Part shown: one piece after another, positions 1 through 13,691 of the stretch
Numbering within the stretch: position 1 is the first letter of the stretch
How the letters are laid out: every line of letters begins with the position of its first letter
DNA from: Glaucostegus cemiculus
Lineage: Eukaryota
DNA length: 64,000 nucleotides
Assembly: GCA_976551045.1 (NCBI GenBank)
Contig: CDPCPM010000301.1
Coordinates: forward strand, 2,294,001-2,358,000
Direction: 5' to 3'
The notes under the pieces: generated by a model
Seen by the model: the letters and a program-made list of their open reading frames with translations, nothing else
Told to the model about the DNA's origin: nothing
Database searches by the model: none
Program-made: the position numbers and the translations under genes

Positions 1-2450
1 GCCCTAGCACCTTAAGCCTCTCTTTATATTCCATACCCTCCAATCCAGGCATCATCCTGGTAAATCGCCTCTGCACCCTCTCCAACGCCTCCACATCCTT
101 CCTATAATGCGGCGACCAGAACTGAACACAATATTCCAAGTGCGGCCTAACTAGAGTTTTGTAAAGCAGCATCATCACCTCTCTGCTCTTGAACTCAATC
201 CCTTTATTTATAAAAGCCAACATCCCATCAGCCTTCTTAACAGCCCTATCCACCTGCGAGGCAACTTTGAGTGAACTGTGGATATGAACCCCCAGATCCC
301 TCTGCTCCTCTACACTGCCAAGAACCTTACCATTTACCTTATACTCTGTCCTGGAGTTTGTCCTCCCAAAGTGCACCACCTCACACTTCTCCGGATTAAA
401 CTCCATCTGCCACCTGTCAGCCCAGTTCTGCATCCTATCAATATCCCCCTGTAAGCTCCTACAGTCCTCCACACTATCTACCAGACCACCGATCTTGGTG
501 TCATCTGCAAACTTACCAACCCATCCCTCCACTCCTTCATCTAAATCATCTATGAATATAACAAAGAGTAGAGACCCCAGAACCGATCCCTGCGGGACTC
601 CACTAGTCACAGCCCTCCAATCCGAGGGCACTCCCTCCACCACAACCCTCTGCCTTCTACAGGAAAGCCAATTTCTTATCCACACAGCCAACCTCCCCTG
701 GATACCTTGACCTCTGATCTTCTGAAGAAGCCTGCCATGAGGAACCTTATCAAACGCCTTACTAAAATCCATATACACTACATCCACCGCCCTGCCCTCA
801 TCAAGCTTCCTCGTCACCTCCTCAAAGAACTCTATCAGGCTCGTGAGGCAAGATCTTCCCTTCACAAAGCCATGCTGACTGTCCCTAATCAGTCCATGAC
901 TCTCCAAGTGCTCATAGATCCTGTCCCTCAAAATCCTTTCCAACAGCTTACCTACCACAGACGTGAGACTCACCCGTCTGTAATTTCCCGGACTATCTCT
1001 ACTGCCCTTCTTAAACAAGGGAACAACATCCGCTACCCGCCAATCCTCCGGCACCATCCCCGTGGACAACGAGGACTCAAAGATCCTCACCAGCGGATCA
1101 ACAATCTCCTCCCTCGCCTCCCGAAGCAGCCTGGGGAATATTCCATCAGGCCCCGGAGACTTATCAGTCTTGATATTACTTAACAATTTCATCACTTCCT
1201 CCCTCTCTATAGCTACATACTCAAGAACATTACCCTTATCAGCACTCACCGTCACATCATCAAGGCCCCTCTCCTTGGTGAATACAGAGGAGAAGTATTC
1301 ATTTAGTACCTCCCCTACCTCTGCCGCCTCCAGGCACATCCTCCCACCTTTGTCCTTAATAGGACCTACCTTTACCCTAGTCATCCTTCTGCCCTTCACA
1401 TAAGAGAAAAAAGCCTTGGGATTTTCCTTAACCCTATGAGCCAACATCTTTTCATGTCCCCTTCTAGCTCTCCTCAGCTCTTTCTTAAGTTCCCTTCTCA
1501 CTATACTATACTCCTCACGGGCCACATCAGAGCCTTGCCGCTTACACCTTACGTAAGCCTCCTTCCTCCTCCTAACCAGTCTTTCCACCTCTCTTGTCAC
1601 CCACGGTTCCTTCACTATTCCATTCTTCCTCCGTCTTGCCAGAACATATTTGTCCCCAACATCCTGTAAAACATCCCTGAACAATGTCCACATCTCTACA
1701 GTACACATCCCCTCAAAAAGGACTTCCCAACTTACACTCCCAAGCTCTTTCCTTATAGCCTCATAGTCTGTCCTACCCCAATTGAATATCTTCCTACACT
1801 CCCTGCACCTATGTCTGTCCATGACAATTCTAAAGCTTATCGAGGAATGATCACTGTCTCCCAGAGGCTCACCCACTAGTAGATCTCTCACCTGTCCTGG
1901 TTCATTTCCTAAAACCAGATCCAAAACAGCATTCCCTCTAGTCGGTTTGTCAACATACTGCTCCAGAAATCCATCCTGGACACACTTAACAAACTCATTC
2001 CCATCAAAACCTCTGGCACTGAGCATGTCCCAGTCTATATTCGGGAAGTTGAAATCACCCATTATTACAACCCTATTGTCTTTGCTTCTGTCCAAGCACT
2101 GCCTGCCAATCTGCTCCTCTATATCCCTACTGCTACCTGGGGGCCTATAGTATACTCCCAGCAGCGTAACCACACTTTTCCTATTCCTCACTTCCACCCA
2201 CACCGACTCGAAAGAGGATCCTTCCGCAAACTCAGCCCTTTCCGCAGCAGTAACATCATCCCTGACCAATATCACCACCCCTCCTCCTCTTCTCCCCCCT
2301 TCCCTATCCTTTTTAAAACACTGAAAACCAGGAATGTTCAATACCCACTCCTGCCCTGACGACAGCCACGTCTCAGTTATGGCTACAATATCATAATCCC
2401 CCATACTTATCCAAGCCCTCAATTCATCACCCTTATCCCTAACACTTCTA
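1..2450 (-). mobile_element. Young CR1-clade LINE, 5'-truncated, near-complete ORF2 (APE endonuclease + RT); runs off the window start
   Basis: Manual translation shows APE motifs IVAITETWL, YYRPP, IMGDFNFPNIDW and GDSDH, and RT motifs QHGF, YMDFSKAFDKVPH, GVPQGSVLG, KFADDTK and LEYCVQFWSP. One frameshift near 2290, then no stop to position 1. Confidence 0.93.
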
Positions 2451-3476
2451 GTTCTGGTCACAGCAGTAAAGATAAAGATAGTAAACAGAGGAAGAATTAT
2501 CTAAACCAGACATTTTCACACTGGAAAACAGGATGCAAATTTGAACTGTTATTCCTGAACTCATTCTTTAAATGTTAGCCAACGCTTGTCCATTAACTTT
2601 TAAGAGTCTCTAGCCCATGACTGTTCAAAGTGACAAAGGAGCTTTGGGGATGATAGAGACACCTTGAGTCCATGCATCAGAAGCACAGAGAAGTCCTGAT
2701 AGAAGAAGCACACCACGTCACAAACTATCCACCTGTCAGCATCTGCAGTTCTCACATTGGCCTCAATTTAGAATCCACAAACCAAAGTGGGAACAATCAT
2801 TCTCATTACAAGGGATTGCATAAGAGGAAGAAAAGCACTGCCATAACCCTTTAAAGTAGTTACCCAATCTACCATAACCAACTCACCCCATAGGCCACTG
2901 TCGTTTGCTTTGTTCAGATTCAAAACCCTGGCTTCAGTTTGAACTAAAGCACTTTCAGTTTCAAGTTTCCAGAAATATGTAATTCCCGACTATGTTTTTA
3001 TAAATGCTTTAGATCATACCCAGTTATTCCTATTTCTTCCATTTATTCATCAGCTTTGTTATGAATGCTGCATGTATTCAGAAAAAGAACCTTCAGCTCT
3101 GTATTTACCATTTTTGCATGCTTCAACTCTGTGAAAGTATAGTTTTTTGTTTAATTACTCTACCCACTCCTGTCAGTCTATTGTTTTTGTGACCTTGCAC
3201 TATCACTTTGTCCTTTCTCTGTAACCTTCTAAATAACCCCCATCCCTCCAGAATCTTCCTCTTGCCCATTATTTAGTGCATGAGAAGGTGGTAATAATTT
3301 ATTCCTTGGTCTTTCAAATTACAGAGCCACTTCTAATACAATTGAATCTGCACAAGCAGAAAACAATATTTAGCATCGAGTGTTCCAGTACTCAATGGAT
3401 AATATCAACAGAAAAGACAACAGCTATGCCTCTGAATGAATATCATCAATTCACAATTCTCTGAGCAATTCTTTAC

Positions 3477-3669
3477 CTCAAGCTTTTCCAGGAAAGGCAT
3501 CCAGTAATTATTCATAAGATCATTCCTATATTTTTTTGTGAAATATCCAACATAAGAAACAAAGGCTGTAACAAGGAGCACATCACCACACAATGTCTTT
3601 TCCTGTTCTCTGAACTGTGCAATAGATTCACCCCAGCGGATCTTCTCTGATACCAAGCCTCCGACAAGT
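3477..3669 (-). CDS. DNAH17: Dynein heavy chain exon 23
   Basis: 193 nt, LVGGLVSEKIRWGESIAQFREQEKTLCGDVLLVTAFVSYVGYFTKKYR...FLEKLE; phase 2/0. Confidence 0.95.
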
Positions 3670-3939
3670 CTGTAAGAAATTATATCCTTTTAGCTGAAAT
3701 GTTTTCTATTTTTCTCTTCTGTCTCTTTTTCCTACAATAGGACAACTGGAGTGAAGCAAAGAGCAGGAATATTTTTTGCACATGCTATTCCAAGTCATAG
3801 ATTAGCAGTGTGTAAAGGAAACCCAAGGAAAATTTCCTGTATTTTTCAGTCAAAGCAGCCCACATAGATTGTCCCTCAATTGCACCCTTAGATAATTTTC
3901 TTTTCTTTTATATGCTTCCCACTGTTTAGAAGTAGTTGT

Positions 3940-4365
3940 TCCAGGGGTGAGGGATTTCAGTTACAAGGTGAGACTGGAGAAGCTGGTGGTGTTCTTCTTG
4001 GAGCAAAGGAGGTTGAAAGATGTACAAAATTATAACATCATGACAGGTTTAGATGGGGTAAATAGAGGGAAATTGTTCACATCAACAAATAGTTCAAGGT
4101 CCTGGGAATACTAATATAACATTTTGAAGTAAAAGATATAATGTGTATGTAAAGAATTTTAGTTTACTCAGAGAAAAGTTATGACCTGCCTGTAGGATTC
4201 AAACCAAAACTAATCAACTCTTTCAAAAGAGAACTAGATGGCTTGCGAGAGAGAATAATTTTCAGGAGAAAGAGTAGGGGAATAAGATTGATAGAAATTT
4301 AAGAGCCCAGCTCAGACTTGGATAGGCCACATGACTTCCTCCTGAAATGAAACAATCCTATGATT
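3940..4365 (+). mobile_element. Degenerate CR1 3' fragment
   Basis: Decayed ORF2 C-terminus and 3' UTR (GAGACTGGAGAAGCTGG...TTCTTGGAGCA) with CTATGATTCT tail. Confidence 0.6.
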
Positions 4366-4654
4366 CTCTAATTCATTCTGAGCTTGTACTTGATGCCATA
4401 TACGTAGCATTTCACAACCAATTCAAAGTGTAATCACTGATATGTGGCCAATGCTACACCAATTTATTTAAAAGAGAATTATGCTAAATGAATAGTAAAT
4501 TTGGTGCAGGGATATTTGTTAATCAAAATTGCTTTAGGATTATGGATACTCAATCTGAGCAGATAGATGTGACTCTACTTTAAAAGGGTATCAAGAAAGT
4601 GTTACCTTCAAAAGTGCAGTATTCCGTCTGTAATCTGATCAGATTTCAGGTCTC

Positions 4655-5595
4655 TCAGTGGGAGAGCATTTTGGAGATAATGACCATAACTTTTTGACCT
4701 TTACCATAGCCTTGGAGAGGGATAGGAGCAGATGATTTGGGAAAGTATTTAACTGGGGGATGGGGAATTATGATGCTATTAGGCAGGAACTTGAGAGGGT
4801 AAATTGAGAACAGATGTTCTTGGGGAAGTGCACAGCAGAAATGTGGAGGTTGTTCAAGGAATACTTGCATGGGGCTCTGGATAGGTTTGCCCCATTGAGG
4901 CAGGGTAAGGATGGTAGAGTGAAGGAACTGTGGTTGACACAAGATGTAGACTGTCTTGTCAAGAGGAAAAAAGAAGTTTACCTGAAGTTTAGAAAGCATG
5001 GATCAGACAGGGCTCTGTAGAGTTACAAGGTAGCCAGGAGGGAGCTTAAGAATGGACTTAGGAGAGCTAGAAGGGGGCATGAGAAGTCTTTGGCAAGTAG
5101 GATCAAGGAAAACCCCAAGGTGTTCTACACATATGTGAAGAATAACAGGATGACTAGAGTGAGGGTAGGACCGATCAGGGATAAAAGAGGAAACGGAAGA
5201 GGTAGGGGAGGTCCTTAATGAATACTTTGCTTCAGTATTCACCAGAGAGAGAGACCTTGACATTTGTGAGGATGGCGTACAACAGGCTGATATGCTAGGG
5301 CATGTCGATGTGAGGAAAGAGGATGTGCTGGAACTTTTGAAAAACATTTGGATAAATAAGTCACTGGGGCTGGATGGGATATATCCAAGGTCATTACAGG
5401 AAGCAAAGGAAAAGATTCCTGCGCCTTTGATGATGATCTTTACGTCCTCACTGGCTACAGGAGTAGTGCCAGATGATGGAGGGTGCCAAATGTTCTTCCT
5501 TTATTTAAGAAAGGGAGTAGGGATAACCCTGGGAATTACAGACCAGTGAGTCTTACTTTAGTGGTGAGCAAATTACTGGAGAAGGTTCTGAGACT
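4655..5595 (+). mobile_element. CR1 internal ORF2 fragment (end of APE to start of RT), frameshifted
   Basis: Collinear with the 1-2450 element but opposite strand: KENPKVFY, LNEYFASVFT, GLDGIYPR, NPGNYRPVSLT. Confidence 0.85.
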
Positions 5596-6068
5596 GGACC
5601 CCGGGGTGGAGGCTGGGAACTTGAAAAATTAAAACAGTACAGAAAATTTCATAACAATGGTTTAGGAACTGGAAATCTGCAACAAATGAAAGGGGCAGTA
5701 GTCTGAATAGCTTAAAAATTTGGCCATTTAGTCGAACACTCATGAATGCAACTCCCTGACTGTGTTATCAACACCATCAGGTTATGATGTTTTTGCATTC
5801 AAAGCTTTGGTGTTGCCTGGTTGAAAAAGGCTTGCCTGTTTTTGGATACAAGTGTGCAGCAGCTGATAACTGTAAGGTTTGAATTTACTACAGCATCCAT
5901 TAGTGTGCCATTCCTAGTAACAATGGAAACTCTGAGAGAAGTAAACAAAATCAAGATCACTGTAGACGAATTATGAAATGAAATTCTAAAGAAATAAAAG
6001 GTAAAAATAGTGGAGTATCTAGAACTAAAGCAGCGTGTTCATTTTGTGGTATTTAAGGCCAAATGTAC

Positions 6069-6184
6069 CTGTTTGCAAGTGAAATAGTTCTGTTGGTAGT
6101 ATCGGCTTCTTGTTGACATTTGAGTTTTTCTGCAGTGGCTTTTTCAAATTCAGCTGTCAACTTTGCTAAATTTTCATCAAGTTC
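6069..6184 (-). CDS. DNAH17: Dynein heavy chain exon 22 (stalk CC2)
   Basis: 116 nt, [38 protein letters not shown](R); phase 0/2. Confidence 0.95.
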
Positions 6185-6474
6185 CTGAAAATTAAGATAG
6201 GTTCTATTATAACATATTATTTTAAACAAAACAAATAGCACAAATGTAATTTATAGCCTTAACAATCTTAGTATATCTCAGTACAATATTTATTTTATTT
6301 TCTTCAGAATAAAAACTGAATAATTATACAAATATAATAGACTTTGTACTACAAACCAACTTACAATACATCTTTAACAGAATGAGAAATGCCAGAGTTC
6401 ATCACAAAGGGGAAGATAGGAAGTGCACAAGAACTTTGTAAACACAGAAACATAGGACCCGGACCATTTAACTC

Positions 6475-7312
6475 CTCAGAATCAGAATCAGGTTTATTAT
6501 CACTGACATATATCATGAAGCTTGTTATTTTGCAGCAGCAGTACAGCGCAAGACATAAGAGTGACTATAAATTACAAAATAAATAAATAGTGCAAAAAAA
6601 GGAATAATGCAGTGTTCATGGGTGCATAAACCATTCAGAAATCTGGTGGCGGAGGGGAAGAAGTCATTGAGTGTGGGTCTTCAGGCTCCTGTACTCCTCC
6701 CTGATGGTAGTAACAAGAGGGCATGTTCTGGATGGTGAGGTCCTTAGTGATGGATGCTGCCTTCTTGAGGCAACGCCTCTTGAAGACGTCCTTGATGGTG
6801 GAGAGGACTGTGCCCGTGGTGGAGCTGGCTGAATCTACAACCCTCTGCAGCCTCTTTCAATCCTGTGCGTTGGAGCCTCCATACCAGGCAGTGATACAAC
6901 CAATCAGAATGCTCTCCACCGTAATTCTATAGAAATTTTCAAGTCAGATACCAAATCTTCTCAAACTTCTAATGAAGCAGAGCCACTGGTGTGCCTTCTT
7001 CTTAATTGTATCAATGTGGTGGGCTCAGGATAGATCCTCCGAGATGTTGACGCCCAGGAACTTGAAACTGCTCACCTATTCCACTGTTAACCCTTCAATG
7101 AGGATTGGTGTATACTCTCCTGACTTCCTGAAGTTCACAATCAATCCCTTGGTCTTGCTGACATTGAGTGCAAAGTTGTTGTTGTGACACCACTCAGCCA
7201 GCTGATCTATCTCACTTCTGTACGCCTCCTCATTACCATCTGAGATTCTATCAATAACAGTGGTGTCATCAGCAGATTTATAGATGGCGCTTGAGCTGTG
7301 CTTAGCCACAGA
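6475..7312 (-). mobile_element. Rex1/Babar-type LINE 3' fragment
   Basis: SADDTTVI...AYRSEIDQLAEWCHNNNFALNVSKTK (ORF 7076..7333); AATAAA plus (GATTCT)n tail at 6475-6495. Confidence 0.85.
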
Positions 7313-7329
7313 GTCCTGAGCCCGTTCCA

Positions 7330-8080
7330 CCACTTATTGAGTCCTTGGTCGATCTATGAACTTAACATAGAACATGCACCCTCCTTTAAGATGAATCCCT
7401 TGATATTTTTGGTTATCAAAATTACTAATCTCAGATCTAAAACTGGCCTAGCATCACTTGCAGTTTGTGGAAGAAAATTCCAAACTTCTAGCCTTCATTG
7501 GAAACACAAAAACCTAGCCCTTATTTTAAGAAAATGGTCCATAGCCATGTATTCCCTAAATGGAGGAAACAGTCTCTCACTATTAATTCACTTTAATACC
7601 TTTAAGTCTTCAATGAAACTAGCTCTTCACCTTCTGATTACAGGAAATAAAACCCTATAGTTTATGGAGTCTCTCAACAAAATTTAAACATTGCTTTAAC
7701 ATATTGTTTGCAGAACAGCTCGCAATATTTCATGTCCAATTTGAGCTTTGTACAGTTGATACACAACTTCTAAGCCCTTGTACATTAGTCTCTAGATGTT
7801 AATGGTATACTTCCATGGGCCATTTCTTTCCTATATTGTCCAATTGTCCATGACAATTTAATAATCCATGTACATGGGCCCGAAGCCTCCACTGCTTCTA
7901 GCTTTTTACCATTTAGAAAGACCATGAATAATAATTTTTGGGTCCCAAGTAAAGAAACCATATTCACTTACAATGAAATCTATTTGTCACAGTTCTGCTT
8001 ACTTACTTAATTCATTAATATCTCTTTATAACTTAATGATTCTTTTGCACTGTTTATTTATCTTTGGGTAAAGTTGGAGA
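7330..8080 (-). mobile_element. Old degenerate CR1 3' region
   Basis: Eroded CR1 RT C-terminus/UTR similarity; many substitutions. Confidence 0.45.
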
Positions 8081-8499
8081 GGTGACTATAAGTGTTTCAA
8101 AAATCAGTGGGGAAAAATATCTTCTGCAGAGGCTTTTGAAGATAGGAAATGGTGAAAAGTTACTCTGGAAAAGGAGACCAATGAAGTAGGGGTTTATTTC
8201 TAGTACTCTAGAGCCAGCAGAACATCCTTGTCATCCTGGTTCCACAGAAAATGTTGATGTAAAACATTATTAAATGAACACTGAAGAATCATGAGCTCCA
8301 GTTTGACAAATGGATCATTTAATAGTCTTTTTGCCTCTAACTTGCAAATTCAAGGGTCTCAAGGGTCAAGGGCCCATTTTCAGAATGCACATCAGATAAT
8401 TAAAAACAGTCCTCATGAATTAAACAGTTGGGACCATTGCCATGCAAAGTTGGTGCAGGCTACTTCACTGCTTAGTTGATAGTTTTATGTTTCTGTTGG

Positions 8500-8627
8500 A
8501 TAGGTACATGGAGGTAAATAAGATAGAAGGCTATGGGTAAGCCTAATAGTGTGGGGACATGTTCGGCACAGCTTTGTGGGCCGAAGGGCCTGAATTGTGC
8601 TGTAGGTATCTATGTTCTATGTTCTTA
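8500..8627 (+). mobile_element. Short CR1 3' tail (or CR1-tailed SINE) about 20 nt from a splice donor
   Basis: GGGCCGAAGGGCCTG...TGTGCTGTA...TCTATGTTCTATGTTCT tail; a related opposite-strand copy lies at 52113-52190. Confidence 0.7.
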
Positions 8628-8647
8628 TGTGTAATGCTTATACTTAC

Positions 8648-8855
8648 ATTAATCATACGTGTAATACCAGCAAGTTTCTCCTGTGCTGCTGCCAATTCAG
8701 CATTAGCCTGTGCCAGAGCTATCCTCTTAGGTTCCACCTCACAGAACACCTCATAAAATTTCACAATGTTTATACACCAGGAACATAAACCAGCAGCAGC
8801 TATGGATTTAGTACGAACAAAATCAGCATCAAACATTGGATTTTCAAGAATTGGC
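8648..8855 (-). CDS. DNAH17: Dynein heavy chain exon 21 (MTBD / stalk CC2)
   Basis: 208 nt, [44 protein letters not shown]...ITRMIN; phase 2/0. Confidence 0.95.
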
Positions 8856-9344
8856 CTGTTAAAAGGAAATTCATTAACAGAAAGGTAAAAGGATTTTTTT
8901 AATTTTAAGAAGTTAGTTCTTAGCTATATTTAAATGAAGAATATAAAAGAGCTTTTCTATTATAACTTAAATATTATTTAATTGCATAGACTATAATAGA
9001 TATTAGTGATAAACAGGAATTTATTCAATCTGAAACTGGATTTGGTAAAATACATGTGTGTCCATTCAAGTCCAAAACTAATAGGTAGTATTTATGCAGA
9101 ACATAAACAGAAACAGGAGTGAGCCAGTCATTTCCTTGTGCTTGTTATGCCCTTCAATAAGATTATAGATGATCTTTTATCTAAATGCCATTTTTCTATT
9201 TCTCTTGATTTCCTTAATATGCAAATAGCTATTAATCTCTGTCTTCAAAATACTCGGCAATTAAGCCTCCATATCTCTCTTGGGTAAAGAATCCCAAAGA
9301 TTCACTAACACTAACAATGTTTATTTTGAGACAATGACCCCTGG

Positions 9345-10752
9345 TTTCAGACATGCCTGAGAGGTGACCTGTTGGAAATATATAAAATTATGAGAGGCAT
9401 TGATAGGGTAGATAGAGTCCTTTTCCCCAGAGTGGAAAGGTCAAATACCAGCGGGCATAGATTTAGGATGAGCTGGGGAAAGTTTAAAGGGGATTTACAA
9501 GGTAAGGTTTTTTTAAAAAACAAAGAGAGTAGTGGGTGGCTGGAACACATTGCCAGGAGAGGAAGAAGAAGCAGATATGATAGTGACATTTAGAGAGGTA
9601 TTTAGACAGGCATATGAACAGGCAGGAAATGGAGGAATCTGGATCCTGTGCAGGCAGATGGGATTAGTTTTGAATAGCATCATGGTTAGTGCAAATATGG
9701 TAGGCTGAAGGGCCTGTTCCTGCACCATACTGTTCTACATCCTGTATACAAGCCTTAGAGATCAGTGCTTGGGGCCCAGGTATTCACAATATAAATCAGT
9801 GATTTGAATGAAGGAATTAAATGTAACATTTCCAAATATGCAGGTGACACAAAGCTAGAAGTGGGAAGTAGGGTGAGGGAAGATTGTGAGCTGTGAGAGC
9901 GATGTGAAGGGGCTCTAATGTAATTTAGACAAGTTGAGTGAGTGGGCAAGTGCAGCACGTATACAATGAGGATAAATGTTAAATTATCACATTTGGTTTT
10001 AAAAACAGAAAGATAAATAATTATCTGAATGAGGATGGATTGGGAAAGGGGAGGCACAACAAGCCTTCAATGTCCTTGCACACCTGTTGCTGAAAGCAAC
10101 ATTCAGGTGCCATGAGCAGTTAAGGCGGTAAATATTACATTGGCTTTCATTGCAAGAGCATTTGATACAAGACCAAGGATGCCTTGCTACAGCTGTATAA
10201 GGCCTTGGTGAGACTATCTAGAGTTTTGTGTACAGTTTTGATCTCCTTATTTGAGGAAAATATTTTTGGAACAAAGGTTTACTGGGACTTTTGGAATGGC
10301 AGTACTACAAATGTGGAGAGATTGGGTTAATTGAATCTATCTTCACTGGAATTTAGAAGAAAGCATTTGGATCTCAAAGAAACCAATCAAACTTTAACAA
10401 CATTAGACAGACTAAATGCAGAGAGGATGTTCCTGATAGCTGGGAAATCCAAAACCAGCAGCTTCAGAACACTAGGTATGCCAGTGAGACCAGAGGTTGG
10501 GAGAAATTTCTGCACTCAGAGGGTGGTAAATTTGTGAATTTCTTTACCAGAACGAAGTGGAAGCCAAGTCTCTAAATATATTCAGGAAGGAAGTAGATAT
10601 ATTTCTTAATGCTAACAGGATCAAAAGATATGAGGAAAAACCAGGAGCAGGTTACCGAAGTTGATGATCAATCGTGATCATATTGAATAGCGGTACAGAC
10701 CCAAATGGCTGTATGGCCTACTCCTGCTCCTATTTTCCATGTTTCTATGATT
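9345..10752 (+). mobile_element. Two adjacent degenerate CR1 3' fragments (about 9345-9740 and 9755-10752)
   Basis: EIYKIMRGIDRVD, RTSGHRF-like motif; eroded SVLGPQVFTI and YAGDTKL; CR1 tail TTTCTATG. Confidence 0.75.
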
Positions 10753-10869
10753 GTTGTGCACTTTTCATGCTGTTTGCACTCATGTGCTCTTGTCAGAGTG
10801 CCTTGAAGTTTTTGTTGCCATCTTGGGTGCTTCTCTGCTAATTTAAGCCAAGCATTCCCATGTTACATA

Positions 10870-11050
10870 ATTTTCAAGAAGGTTTTGAGGACATTCTCAA
10901 AGCATATTGTTTATCCTCCTGGAAAATGCTTACTGTGAGAGAGCTCAAAGTAGGGTGCTTGCTTTGGGAGCCTAGTGCCAGGCATGCATCTTGAGAAAGC
11001 CCTGATGCAAGTTCTGATACGATGCAATCTGATCCTCTTTGGCAGAGTTG
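10870..11050 (-). mobile_element. RTE-clade LINE fragment
   Basis: MPGTRLPKQAPYFELSHSKHFPGG (ORF 10911..11171) matches the RTE C-terminal MPDxRLPKQxLYSEL...GG motif. Confidence 0.65.
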
Positions 11051-11866
11051 GAAAGGGCAAAAGTCTCTGCAAAGGTGTAAGTGGTAGGGAAGGAATAGGA
11101 AAAGCCAACTCCAACAGAGTCCCATGAGGACCATTACCATGGCACTGACTAGCCAAAGATAAAATAGGCAAACTTAAGTTAAGTGCTCAATCTTTTCTTG
11201 CACACTACTTGCAACTAGTCTTCTGCATCTCCCGCACACAACCTATGCTTCCCACTCAAGGACACATCCTACAAACAAAATGTGCTGAGATACAAATCAA
11301 AACCCCAATAATCCTGTAAGCACTGAATGACCACTTCAAATATTGTGGAGCATATTCCTACTGTTAAGACCAGCTTTCCTGTGTATAATCCACACTAGGC
11401 TTTAATTACATATTAATAATACATCTTAACAGGGAAGTGAAATAGAATAATATTGAAATTGAAAACTGAAAATGTTGTTGTGAATGGATGTGAACATTGA
11501 AAATTAGCTGCACATAACATGTGATAATGGGTAAAACATTTGTAATTCAAATACTCTCTTCCATGAGGAGTAGGCATTAAAATGAACACCAATATTATTG
11601 GCTAAAATATTAGTGTCTACAATCCCACACCAACTTATTTACATTTATAGGTACATTGTCAAGTTTGTTTATATAATTTTACAAGATCTTTACTGTTTGA
11701 ACAAATCATTAGATTTATAGTGCATTAAATCTTTCATAATGGTTTTTAAACAGGCACAATTTTACATTTTGAAATTCTGCTTTAAAGAACAACGGATGTT
11801 TGTTTAACAGGTAAAACTTTGCACTACTTTCGAAACAATAAGAGACTTAATAATTCATTAACATAC

Positions 11867-12084
11867 CGGAAAGCTTTCAGGGAAGATTCAGGGATTCGTT
11901 CCTTGTCATAGTTTATCAGTGAATCTAAAAAGCTATCCACTTTACCCATCATAACTTTGGCAGCTTTCCAGCTCCTGTCTTTTGGAACCTTCCCACTTGG
12001 TGCTAAAAGGATCATCACAGCACCAGTCACAAGAACTACAGCATCTGGCGGGGAGCCAAAAGATTTCAACTCCGTCAGGTTGTT
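11867..12084 (-). CDS. DNAH17: Dynein heavy chain exon 20 (microtubule-binding domain)
   Basis: 218 nt, [43 protein letters not shown]...LKAF(R); phase 0/2. Confidence 0.95.
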
Positions 12085-13484
12085 CTAGCAAACAAAACAC
12101 AAATTAAGTTAAATTAATAATTTTAAACAAAATACGTAACATAACTAAACATCCTTGTTGATGTAAGATCTGGCCAACATTTAGAAATTGTCTGATAAGT
12201 GACAAATAACAGTCATGCCAATTGGCAGATAATGATCACCACCAACAAGGGAGTCTAATCAACTCGCCTTAATATCCAAATAGAATTACTACTGCAAAAT
12301 TCCTCACCATCAATATCTTGGGGTCACCAATGAACTAAAACTTAACTGGTCTAGTCACATAAATACAGTGTGTCAAAGATTAGATAGTCAAATGTCATGG
12401 CAACAACTTAAATCTAACTTGTTTTTTTCTGTTTTTCCAAATCCGATGAAGGCTTTTTGATCTGAACCATTAACCCTGTTTCTATTTCCACAAATGCTGC
12501 CTGACTTGCTGACCAACCTTTTCCTCTTTTGCCTCTATTCCCCTGAGACTTGAGAACATGTTACCATTTCTTCATAGTCACTGAATCTAAATACAAGATC
12601 TCGTCACTCAACAGTATTACAGAAGCACTTCCACCACAAGGACAAGAAGGTCACTCCCCACCATATTCTCAGCAGGCATTTAGGAATGGTAACTAATACT
12701 TGTCTCAGCAGGAATACCCTTATCTGATAGATGAATAAAACAAACTAGCAGGGAGATGGGAGTAGCGTAGAGAGGCATCGCAGTCAGCATGGACAAGTTG
12801 GGCTGAAGGACCCATTTCTGTGCTGTACAACTCTGTGACTTTGAGTGTTTACCTCACTTCCAAAATCCAGTTTAGTAAGAAAGCAGAACCAAATTTTGTA
12901 AGTAGCTACAAAACACACAATCACTATTGTGAATGCATGTTCAATGCAAGCTACCAAAGACAATTTTTTCTACCTTGATATTTATCCGATCATCGCACTT
13001 TCAAAGGATTTTCAGCAGAGGTATACAGAAGAAGATTGAGCTGACAGAATGGCAAAAGGTACAGTTGCAATATTTAATTAAGTAATATTATCAAAACTAA
13101 ATAGTGAATTGCAAAATTGTTATTATTTTTATTCCATTAAAGATAAATTAATTACTTGAACAACAGATACACGGTAGAGTGACTTAGCCATCTTCTCAGG
13201 GATGGCTGATAAATACTGGCCATGTCAGCTATATATAAATAAAATTAAGTATTGTCTGTATGTTTACCCAACTTCTGAAAGACTTTGAATAATTTCTTTT
13301 CCACACCTATCACTGTTTTCTTCAAAGGTCATAAAGTCGTGCAGCAAGTAAGTACCCCCTCCAGTCCACCAAGCCGATCATCAGGCAGCATTAATATTAA
13401 TCCTAAACTACTCCTATTTTTGTCTCTCACATCCCTGTCAACTCCCCATAATTCTCTTGCCACCCACTTACATTAAGAGAAATT

Positions 13485-13590
13485 CACAGTAGCCAATTAA
13501 CCTACCACTAGCACATCTTTGATACGTGGGAGGAAATTGAAACACCCAGGGGAAACCCAAGCTGTCACAGAATGTGCAAATTCCACAAAC
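13485..13590 (-). mobile_element. V-SINE fragment
   Basis: Reverse complement of the V-domain (GGGTTTCCCCTGGGTGTTTCAATTTCCTCCCAC). Confidence 0.55.
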
Positions 13591-13691
13591 ATGGCAATGA
13601 AAACCATACTAAATCTATCAGAAATTACATTTTACTCATGTTGCACCCTTTGAGTATTTGCCAATATTTCTTGTTTCATTATTAGTTGTAC

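Noticed and set aside
495-2150. Several + strand ORFs (71-158 aa)
   Set aside because: Antisense shadows of the CR1 ORF2 on the minus strand.
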